Source: Balanoglossus misakiensis (Eukaryota; Animalia; Hemichordata). From it: DNA of 64,000 bases. A program made the position numbers and the translations under genes. This document shows positions 1 to 10,081 of this stretch, in pieces; position 1 is the first letter of the stretch; every line of letters starts with the position of its first letter. The stretch is from assembly GCA_040954595.2 (NCBI GenBank), contig CM082583.2, forward strand, positions 652,542 through 716,541. The letters are read 5' to 3'. The notes below the pieces were generated by a model. It worked only from the letters and a program-made list of their open reading frames with translations, was not told the DNA's origin and ran no database searches.

Positions 1-814
1 TTGATCACCGTTGCTAACGAACGCTAATGTCTGTCATGGTGTGCCGGGGTTTTAGTCGAGCCAGGCCGTAGGAGATCTGACTTGATCATCGTGGTCAATG
101 TACGCGTGTTTCCGCTCTATAGGGCCGGGGCTTCAGCTAAACCAGGCCGTAGGAAATCCGACGTAATCACCGTTGATAACTTACGCCAGTCTGTGTCATA
201 TAGAGCCGGTGCACCAGCCGAGTCACGCCGTAGGAAATCTTACTTGATCAACGTGGTCAATGTACGCCTGTTTCTGCTCTAGAGTGCCGGGGCTTCAGCT
301 GAGCCAGGCCGTGGGAAACCCGACGTGATTACCGTTGTTAACTTACGCCAGTTTGTGTCCTATATATAGTGCCGGGGCATCAGCCGTGCCAGGCCGAAGG
401 AAATGTGAGTAGATCAACGTGGTCTCTGTACGCGTGTTTCTGCTCTAGAGTGCCAGGGCTTTAGCCAAGCCATGCCGTAGGAAATCTGACTTGATCAACG
501 TTGCTAACGAACGCTAATGTCTGTCATAGTGTGCCGGGGTTTTAGTCGAGCCAAGCCGTAGGAGATCAGACTTGATCAACGTGGTCTCTGTACGCGTGTT
601 TCTGCTCTAGAGTGCCGGGGCTTTATCCAAGCCATGCCGTAGAAAATCTGACTTGATCACCGTTGCTAACGTACGCTAGTGTCTGTCATATTGTGACGGA
701 GATTTAGCCGAGCCAGGCCGTAGAAAAATCGACTTGTTCAACGTTACCAGTGTGCAACTGTTTCTGCTCTAGAGTGTCAGGGTTTTAGCCGACTTATGCT
801 GTAGGAAATCTGAG
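1..814. repeat. GC-balanced module (first copy): ten ~81-bp subunits alternating A/B, i.e. five 162-bp dimers
   Basis: Subunit starts at 1, 82, 163, 244, 325, 410, 491, 572, 653, 734. Each ends in a gccgtaggaaatctgac-like motif. Odd subunits carry cgttg(c/a/t)taac...tgtc(a/c)t, even subunits carry tttc(t/c)gctcta. Subunit 325-409 is 85 bp. Subunit 1-81 has 43/81 G+C by hand count. Confidence 0.97.
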
Positions 815-1778
815 TTGATGAACGGAAATTCAATGTTAGAAATCCGTGTGGAAAGTATCTCTACCCATTTGGAACTAAGAAAAGAATTTATTCTTATTTA
901 TTTTGTAAAAAAACAATATTTCGAAAAAAAGTCGAAAATGGTAATTTTGTCTTGGGTGATTCAAATTATACCGCCTTTTCTGGAATTTGCAGCACTTTTT
1001 ACAAGAGAACGACACTTCATGCTCTATAATATTTCCGAAAATGAAGAAAAGAGTTAATTTTTTATGATTTTTTAAAAATTTACCATTTTTGTCAAAATAT
1101 GGCCAAAATGGCTATTTTTTCTTGAATTCCGTCAATATCTCAGCATTTTTGGAGTGGTCGAAAGTTTTAACATACAATCAACATGTCATATATGATCAGG
1201 CACTAAATTCGAAGAACAAAGGTTTTTTATTTTTTTTTCTAAAAATGACATTTTCAAGGAAAATTTGATAAAACGCAATTTTGTCTGCAGTGAGCCAAAT
1301 TAGACGGTCTTTTGTGGAATTTGTATCGATATATACATACGAAGAGCATTCTATACTCCATCAGATTTCCGAAAATGTAGAAAACAGGTATTTTTTGTAA
1401 TTTTCAAAAATTTACCATTTTGACCGAATTGTGGCTTAAATTGTTATTTTCGTGTTGAATGCCGCCAGTGTCACTGCTTTTAAAAGTCATAAAAACTTTT
1501 AACATACAAGCAATTGTTTATATATGATAACGTCACCGAATTAAAAAAATAAAGAATGTTTTGACTAAAAATGACCTTTTTGGTGCAAAAACGAATAAAA
1601 CGCAATTTTGTATTAAATCAGCTCATTCAGAGTGCATTTTTATAATCAGCACCATTTTTACATATAATGGAAATTTCATACATCATCAGATATCCAAATA
1701 TGAAAAGATGATTTACATTTTAGATGATTGTCAAAAATTAGCTGATATCTGATAAATGTAGTATTGAAATGTTCTGTT
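815..1778. repeat. AT-rich module (first copy): diverged ~167-bp subunits organised as ~334-bp dimers, about 2.5-3 dimers
   Basis: ggaatttg at 982 and 1316 and ttccgaaaatg at 1033 and 1367 (334 bp apart); taaaacgcaattttgt at ~1269 and ~1596. Half-period matches: ggaattt 982 / ggagtgg 1151 and gaagaaaa 1043 / gaagaaca 1211. The 334-bp level is clear; the 167-bp level is more diverged. Confidence 0.88.
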
Positions 1779-1789
1779 CCCCCCCCCCC
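1779..1789 (+). repeat. Poly-C tract (poly-G on minus strand), once per monomer, length variable
   Basis: C11 here, C18 at 3820-3837, C9 at 35740-35748. It follows a gttct motif and precedes acatta in every monomer except the one with the deletion at 39800. Confidence 0.97.
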
Positions 1790-2046
1790 TACATTATATG
1801 CGGTACGCTGATGTCAGCTTACCCGGCAGTACTGCAGGCCGTGCCCCCAACTAACGTCGGTGTTTGAAACGCCCTGGTTAAATTCGGGCTTTCTCTATAA
1901 ATTGACAGGCAATAATGCAGTCCTACCGGAACAAATGTCGAGTGTTGACCCGCTGTGACTTTCCCTGTTCGGTTTGCCCGACTTAGCCAACGACTTTGTA
2001 CTAGAGTGTCGGGTCTTTTGCAGAGCCAGGCCGAAGGAAATCCGAC
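1790..2046. other. Linker segment of the monomer, ending in a degenerate partial 81-bp subunit
   Basis: 2001-2046 (ctagagtgtcgggtcttttgcagagccaggccgaaggaaatccgac) aligns to the 3' half of a B subunit. 1790-1990 has no clear internal periodicity and contains the palindrome gcagtactgc. Confidence 0.8.
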
Positions 2047-5000
2047 TTGATCACCGTTGCTAACGAACGCTAGTGTCTGTCATGGTGTGCCGGGGTTTTA
2101 GTCGAGCCAGGCCGTAGGAGATCTGACTTGATCATCGTGGTCAATGTACGCGTGTTTCCGCTCTAAAGTGCCGGGGCTTCAGCTAAACCAGGCCGTAGGA
2201 AATCCGACGTAATCACCGTTGATAACTTACGCCATTCTGTGTCATATAGAGCCGGTGCACCAGCCGAGTCACGCCGTAGGAAATCTGACTTGATCAACGT
2301 GGTCAATGTACGCCTGTTTCTGCTCTAGAGTGCCGGGGCTTCAGCTGAGCCAGGCCGTAGGAAACCCGACGTGATTACCGTTGTTAACTTACGCCAGTTT
2401 GTGTCCTATATATAGTGCCGGGGCATCAGCCGTGCCAGGCCGAAGGAAATGTGAGTAGATCAACGTGGTCTCTGTACGCGTGTTTCTGCTCTAGAGTGCC
2501 AGGGCTTTAGCCAAGCCATGCCGTAGGAAATCTGACTTGATCAACGTTGCTAACGAACGCTAGTGTCTGTCATAGTGTGCCGGGGTTTTAGTCGAGCCAA
2601 GCCGTAGGAGATCAGACTTGATCAACGTGGTCTCTGTACGCGTGTTTCTGCTCTAGAGTGCCGGGGCTTTATCCAACCCATGCCGTAGAAAATCTGACTT
2701 GATCACCGTTGCTAACGTACGCTAGTGTCTGTCATATTGTGACGGAGATTTAGCCGAGCCAGGCCGTAGAAAAATCGACTTGTTCAACGTTACCAGTGTG
2801 CAACTGTTTCTGTTCTAGAGAGTCAGGGTTTTAGCCGACTTGTAGAAAATCTGAGTTGATGAACGGGAATTCAATGTTAGAAATCCGTGTGGAAAGTATC
2901 TCTACCCGTTTGGAACTAAGAAAAGAATTTATTCTTATTTATTTTGTAAAAAAACAATATTTCGAAAAAAAGTCGAAAATGGTAATTTTGTCTTGGGTGA
3001 TTCAAATTATACCGCCTTTTCTGGAATTTGCAGCACTTTTTACAAGAGAACGACACTTCATGCTCTATAATATTTCCGAAATTGAAGAAAAGAGTTAATT
3101 TTTTATGATTTTTTAAAAATTTACCATTTTTGTCAAAATATGGCCAAAATGGCTATTTTTTCTTGAATTCCGTCAATATCTCAGCATTTTTGGAGAGGTC
3201 GAAAGTTTTAACATACAATCAACATGTCATATATGATCAGGCACTAAATTCGAAGAACAAAGGTTTTTTATTTTTTTTTCTAAAAATGACATTTTCAAGG
3301 AAAATTTGGTAAAACGCAATTTTGTCTGCAGTGAGCCAAATTAGACGGTCTTTTGTGGAATTTGTATCGATATATACATACGAAGAGCATTCTATACTCC
3401 ATCAGATTTCCGAAAATGTAGAAAACAGGTATTTTTTGTAATTTTCAAAAATTTACCATTTTGACCGAATTGTGGCTAAAATTGTTATTTAAGTGTTGAA
3501 TGCCGCCAGTGTCACTGCTTTTAAAAGTCATAAAAACTTTTAACATACAAGCAATTGTTTATATATGATAAGGTCACCGAATTAAAAAAATAAAGAATGT
3601 TTTGACTAAAAATGACCTTTTTGGTGCAAAAACGAATAAAACGCAATTTTGTATTAAATAAGCTCATTCAGAGTGCATTTTTATAATCAGCACCATTTTT
3701 ACATATAATGGAAATTTCATACATCATCAGATATCCAAATATGAAAAGATGATTTACATTTTAGATGATTGTCAAAAATTAGCTGATATCTGATAAATGT
3801 AGTATTGAACCGTTCTGTTCCCCCCCCCCCCCCCCCCTACATTATATGCGGTACGCTGATGTCAGCTTACCCGGCAGTACTGCAGGCCGTGCCCCCAACT
3901 AACGTCGGTGTTTGAAACGCCCTGGTTAAATTCGGGCTTTCTCTATAAATTGACAGGCAATAATGCAGTCCTACCGGAACAAATGTCGAGTGTTGACCCG
4001 CTGTGACTTTCCCTGTTCGGTTTGCCCTACTTAGCCAACGTCTTTGTACTAGAGTGTCGGGTCTTTTGCAGAGCCAGGCCGAAGGAAATCCGACTTGATC
4101 ACCGTTGCTAACGAACGCTAATGTCTGTCATGGTGTGCCGGGGTTTTAGTCGAGCCAGGCCGTAGGAGATCTGACTTGATCATCGTGGTCAATGTACGCG
4201 TGTTTCCGCTCTATAGGGCCGGGGCTTCAGCTAAACCAGGCCGTAGGAAATCCGACGTAATCACCGTTGATAACTTACGCCAGTCTGTGTCATATAGAGC
4301 CGGTGCACCAGCCGAGTCACGCCGTAGGAAATCTTACTTGATCAACGTGGTCAATGTACGCCTGTTTCTGCTCTAGAGTGCCGGGGCTTCAGCTGAGCCA
4401 GGCCGTGGAAAACCCGACGTGATTACCGTTGTTAACTTACGCCAGTTTGTGTCCTATATATAGTGCCGGGGCATCAGCCGTGCCAGGCCGAAGGAAATGT
4501 GAGTAGATCAACGTGGTCTCTGTACGCGTGTTTCTGCTCTAGAGTGCCAGGGCTTTAGCCAAGCCATGCCGTAGGAAATCTGACTTGATCAACGTTGCTA
4601 ACGAACGCTAATGTCTGTCATATTGTGCCGGGGTTTTAGTCGAGCCAAGCCGTAGGAGATCAGACTTGATCAACGTGGTCTCTGTACGCGTGTTTCTGCT
4701 CTAGAGTGCCGGGGCTTTATCCAAGCCATGCCGTAGAAAATCTGACTTGATCACCGTTGCTAACGTACGCTAGTGTCTGTCATATTGTGACGGAGATTTA
4801 GCCGAGCCAGGCCGTAGAAAAATCGACTTGTTCAACGTTACCAGTGTGCAACTGTTTCTGCTCTAGAGTGTCAGGGTTTTAGCCGACTTATGCTGTAGGA
4901 AATCTGAGTTGATGAACGGGAATTCAATGTTAGAAATCCGTGTGGAAAGTATCTCTACCCGTTTGGAACTAAGAAAAGAATTTATTCTTATTTATTTTGT

Positions 5001-8000
5001 AAAAAAACAATATTTCGAAAAAAAGTCGAAAATGGTAATTTTGTCTTGGGTGATTCAAATTATACCGCCTTTTCTGGAATTTGCAGCACTTTTTACAAGA
5101 GAACGACACTTCATGCTCTATAATATTTCCGAAAATGAAGAAAAGAGTTAATTTTTTATGATTTTTTAAAAATTTACCATTTTTGTCAAAATATGGCCAA
5201 AATGGCTATTTTTCTTGAATTCCGTCAATATCTCAGCATTTTTTGAGTGGTCGAGAGTTTTAACATACAATCAACATGTCATATATGATCAGGCACTAAA
5301 TTCGAAGAACAAAGGTTTTTTATTTTTTTTTCTAAAAATGACATTTTCAAGGAAAATTTGATAAAACGCAATTTTGTCTGCAGTGAGCCAAATTAGACGG
5401 TCTTTTGTGGAATTTGTATCGATATATACATACGAAGAGCATTCTATACTCCATCAGATTTCCGAAAATGTAGAAAACAGGTATTTTTTGTAATTTTCAA
5501 AAATTTACCATTTTGACCGAATTGTGGCTTAAATTGTTATTTTCGTGTTGAATGCCGCCAGTGTCACTGCTTTTAAAAGTCATAAAAACTTTTAACATAC
5601 AAGCAATTGTTTATATATGATAACGTCACCGAATTAAAAAAATAAAGAATGTTTTGACTAAAAATGACCTTTTTGGTGCAAAAACGAATAAAACGCAATC
5701 TTGTATTAAATCAGTTCATTCAGAGTGCATGTTTTATAATAAGCACCATTTTTACATATAATGGAAATTTCATACATCATCAGATATCCAAATATGAAAA
5801 AATGATTTAGATTTTAGATGATTGTCCAAAATTAGCTGATATCTAATAAATGTAGTATTGAACCGTTCTGTCCCCCCCCCCCTTACATTATATGCGGTAC
5901 GCCGATGTCAGCTTACCCGGCAGTACTGTAGGCCGTGCCCCCAACAAACGTCGGTGTTTGAAACGCCCTGGTTAAATTCGGGCTCTCTCTATAAATCGAC
6001 AGGCAATAATGCAGTCCTACCGGAACAAATGTCGAGTGTTGACCCGCTGCGACTTTCCCTCTTCGGTTTGCCCAACTTAGCCAACGTCTTTGTACTAGAG
6101 TGTCGGGTCTTTTGCAGAGCCAGGCCGAAGGAAATCCGAGTTGATCATCGTTGCTAACGAACGCTAGTGTCTGTCATGGTGTGCCGGGGTTTTAGTCGAG
6201 CCAGGCCGTAGGAGATCTGACTTGATCATCGTGGTCAATGTACGCGTGTTTCCGCTCTAAAGTGCCGGGGCTTCAGCTAAACCAGGCCGTAGGAAATCCG
6301 ACGTAATCACCGTTGATAACTTACGCCATTCTGTGTCATATAGAGCCGGTGCACCAGCCGAGTCACGCCGTAGGAAATCTGACTTGATCAACGTGGTCAA
6401 TGTACGCCTGTTTCTGCTCTAGAGTGCCGGGGCTTCAGCTGAGCCAGGCCGTAGGAAACCCGACGTGATTACCGTTGTTAACTTACGCCAGTTTGTGTCC
6501 TATATATAGTGCCGGGGCATCAGCCGTGCCAGGCCGAAGGAAATGTGAGTAGATCAACGTGGTCTCTGTACGCGTGTTTCTGCTCTAGAGTGCCAGGGCT
6601 TTAGCCAAGCCATGCCGTAGGAAATCTGACTTGATCAACGTTGCTAACGAACGCTAGTGTCTGTCATAGTGTGCCGGGGTTTTAGTCGAGCCAAGCCGTA
6701 GGAGATCAGACTTGATCAACGTGGTCTCTGTACGCGTGTTTCTGCTCTAGAGTGCCGGGGCTTTATCCAACCCATGCCGTAGAAAATCTGACTTGATCAC
6801 CGTTGCTAACGTACGCTAGTGTCTGTCATATTGTGACGGAGATTTAGCCGAGCCAGGCCGTAGAAAAATCGACTTGTTCAACGTTACCAGTGTGCAACTG
6901 TTTCTGCTCTAGAGTGTCAGGGTTTTAGCCGACTTATGCTGTAGGAAATCTGAGTTGATGAACGGGAATTCAATGTTAGAAAACCCGTGTGGAAAGTATC
7001 TCTACCCGTTTGAAACTAAGAAAAGAATTTATTCTTATTTATTTTGTAAAAAAGACAATTTTTCGAAAAAAAGTCGAAAAATTGCAATTTTGTCTTGGGT
7101 GATTCAAATTATACCGCCTTTTCTGGAATTTGCAGCACTTTTTACAAGAGAACGACACTTCATGCTCCATAATATTTCCGAAAATGAAGAAAAGAGTTAA
7201 TTTTTTATGATTTTTCAAAAATTTACGATTTTTGTCAAAATATGGCCAAAATGGCTATTTTTCTTGAATTCCATCAATATCTCAGCATTTTTGGAGTGGT
7301 CGAGAGTTTTAACATACAATCAACATGTCATATATGATCAGGGCACCAAATTCGAAGAACAAAGGTTTTTTTTTTTTTTTTTCTAAAAATGACATTTTCA
7401 AGGAAAATTTGGTAAAACGCAATTTTGTCTGCAGTGAGCCAAATTAGACGGTCTTTTGTGGAATTTGTATCGATATGTACATACGAAGAGCATTCTACAC
7501 TCCATCAGATTTCCGAAAATGTAGAAAACAGGTATTTTTTGTAAATTTCAAAAATTTACCATTTTGACTAAATTGTGGCTAAAATTGTTATTTTCGTGAT
7601 GAATGCCGCCAGTGTCACTGCTTTTAAAAGTCATAAAAACTTTTAACATACAAGCAATTGTTTATATATGATCAGGTCACCGAATTAAAAAAATAAAGAA
7701 TGTTTTGCCTAAAAATGACCTTTTTGGTGCAAAAACGAATAAAACGCAATCTTGTATTAAATCAGTTCATTCAGAGTGCATGTTTTATAATAAGCACCAT
7801 TTTTACATATAATGGAAATTTCATACATCATCAGATATCCAAATATGAAAAAAATGATTTAGATTTTAGATGATTGTCCAAAATTAGCTGATATCTAATA
7901 AATGTAGTATTGAACCGTTCTGTCCCCCCCCCCGTTACATTATATGCGGTACGCCGATGTCAGCTTACCCGGCAGTACTGTAGGCCGTGCCCCCAACAAA

Positions 8001-8192
8001 CGTCGGTGTTTGAAACGCCCTGGTTAAATTCGGGCTCTCTCTATAAATCGACAGGCAATAATGCAGTCCTACCGGAACAAATGTCGAGTGTTGACCCGCT
8101 GCGACTTTCCCTCTTCGGTTTGCCCAACTTAGCCAACGTCTTTGTACTAGAGTGTCGGGTCTTTTGCAGAGCCAGGCCGAAGGAAATCCGAC

Positions 8193-10081
8193 TTGATCAC
8201 CGTTGCTAACGAACGCTAGTGTCTGTCATGGTGTGCCGGGGTTTTAGTCGAGCCAGGCCGTAGGAGATCTGACTTGATCATCGTGGTCAATGTACGCGTG
8301 TTTCCGCTCTAAAGTGCCGGGGCTTCAGCTGAGCCAGGCCGTAGGAAACCCGACGTGATTACCGTTGTTAACTTACGCCAGTTTGTGTCCTATATATAGT
8401 GCCGGGGCATCAGCCGTGCCAGGCCGAAGGAAATGTGAGTAGATCAACGTGGTCTCTGTACGCGTGTTTCTGCTCTAGAGTGCCAGGGCTTTAGCCAAGC
8501 CATGCCGTAGGAAATCTGACTTGATCAACGTTGCTAACGAACGCTAGTGTCTGTCATAGTGTGCCGGGGTTTTAGTCGAGCCAAGCCGTAGGAGATCAGA
8601 CTTGATCAACGTGGTCTCTGTACGCGTGTTTCTGCTCTAGAGTGCCGGGGCTTTATCCAACCCATGCCGTAGAAAATCTGACTTGATCACCGTTGCTAAC
8701 GTACGCTAGTGTCTGTCATATAGTGACGGAGATTTAGCCGAGCCAGGCCGTAGAAAAATCGACTTGTTCAACGTTACCAGTGTGCAACTGTTTCTGCTCT
8801 AGAGTGTCAGGGTTTTAGCCGACTTATGCTGTAGGAAATCTGAGTTGATGAACGGGAATTCAATGTTAGAAAACCCGTGTGGAAAGTATCTCTACCCGTT
8901 TGAAACTAAGAAAAGAATTTATTCTTATTTATTTTGTAAAAAAGACAATTTTTCGAAAAAAAGTCGAAAAATTGCAATTTTGTCTTGGGTGATTCAAATT
9001 ATACCGCCTTTTCTGGAATTTGCAGCACTTTTTACAAGAGAACGACACTTCATGCTCCATAATATTTCCGAAAATGAAGAAAAGAGTTATTTTTTTATGA
9101 TTTTTCAAAAATTTACCATTTTTGTCAAAATATGGCCAAAATGGCTATTTTTCTTGAATTCCGTCAATATCTCAGCATTTTTGGAGTGGTCGAGAGTTTT
9201 AACATACAATCAACATGTCATATATGATCAGGGCACCAAATTCGAAGAACAAAGGTTTTTTTTTTTTTTTTCTAAAAATGACATTTTCAAGGAAAATTTG
9301 GTAAAACGCAATTTTGTCTGCAGTGAGCCAAATTAGACGGTCTTTTGTGGAATTTGTATCGATATGTACATACGAAGAGCATTCTACACTCCATCAGATT
9401 TCCGAAAATGTAGAAAACAGGTATTTTTTGTAAATTTCAAAAATTTACCATTTTGACTAAATTGTGGCTAAAATTGTTATTTTCGTGATGAATGCCGCCA
9501 GTGTCACTGCTTTTAAAAGTCATAAAAACTTTTAACATACAAGCAATTGTTTATATATGATCAGGTCACCGAATTAAAAAAATAAAGAATGTTTTGCCTA
9601 AAAATGACCTTTTTGGTGCAAAAACGAATAAAACGCAATCTTGTATTAAATCAGTTCATTCAGAGTGCATGTTTTATAATAAGCACCATTTTTACATATA
9701 ATGGAAATTTCATACATCATCAGATATCCAAATATGAAAAAAATGATTTAGATTTTAGATGATTGTCCAAAATTAGCTGATATCTAATAAATGTAGTATT
9801 GAACCGTTCTGTCCCCCCCCCCCTTACATTATATGCGGTACGCCGATGTCAGCTTACCCGGCAGTACTGTAGGCCGTGCCCCCAACAAACGTCGGTGTTT
9901 GAAACGCCCTGGTTAAATTCGGGCTCTCTCTATAAATCGACAGGCAATAATGCAGTCCTACCGGAACAAATGTCGAGTGTTGACCCGCTGCGACTTTCCC
10001 TCTTCGGTTTGCCCAACTTAGCCAACGTCTTTGTACTAGAGTGTCGGGTCTTTTGCAGAGCCAGGCCGAAGGAAATCCGAC
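8193..10081. repeat. Short monomer M5 (1889 bp), 162-bp deletion in the 81-bp module
   Basis: Hybrid subunit ...ttccgctctaaagtgccggggcttcagct|gagccaggccgtaggaaaccc joins subunit 2 to subunit 4 across the shared agtgccggggcttcagct (8313-8330). Confidence 0.95.

Noticed and set aside
1-814. CRISPR-like look of regularly spaced conserved motifs (gccgtaggaaatctgacttgatca)
   Set aside because: The intervening sequences are homologous to each other rather than unique spacers, the set repeats every 2 kb, and no cas genes are present.
1660-1702. Hammerhead-like core on the minus strand (CTGATGA-tgtat-GAAA-tttc), checked because some satellites carry hammerheads
   Set aside because: No stem II can form in tgtat, and the sequence after the putative cleavage site (cattat) does not pair with the sequence before CUGA (ggatat). 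The paralogous site at ~1358 reads CTGATGG.
1-1778. Common ancestry of the 162-bp and ~167-bp units
   Set aside because: Only the lengths are similar; no alignable motif beyond trivial words such as tgatca.
1790-2046. Possible tandem RNA gene (5S rRNA, tRNA, snRNA, spliced leader) in the linker
   Set aside because: I found no cloverleaf, convincing A/B/C boxes or recognisable 5S/U-snRNA/SL sequence on either strand. An Rfam scan would be needed to exclude this fully.
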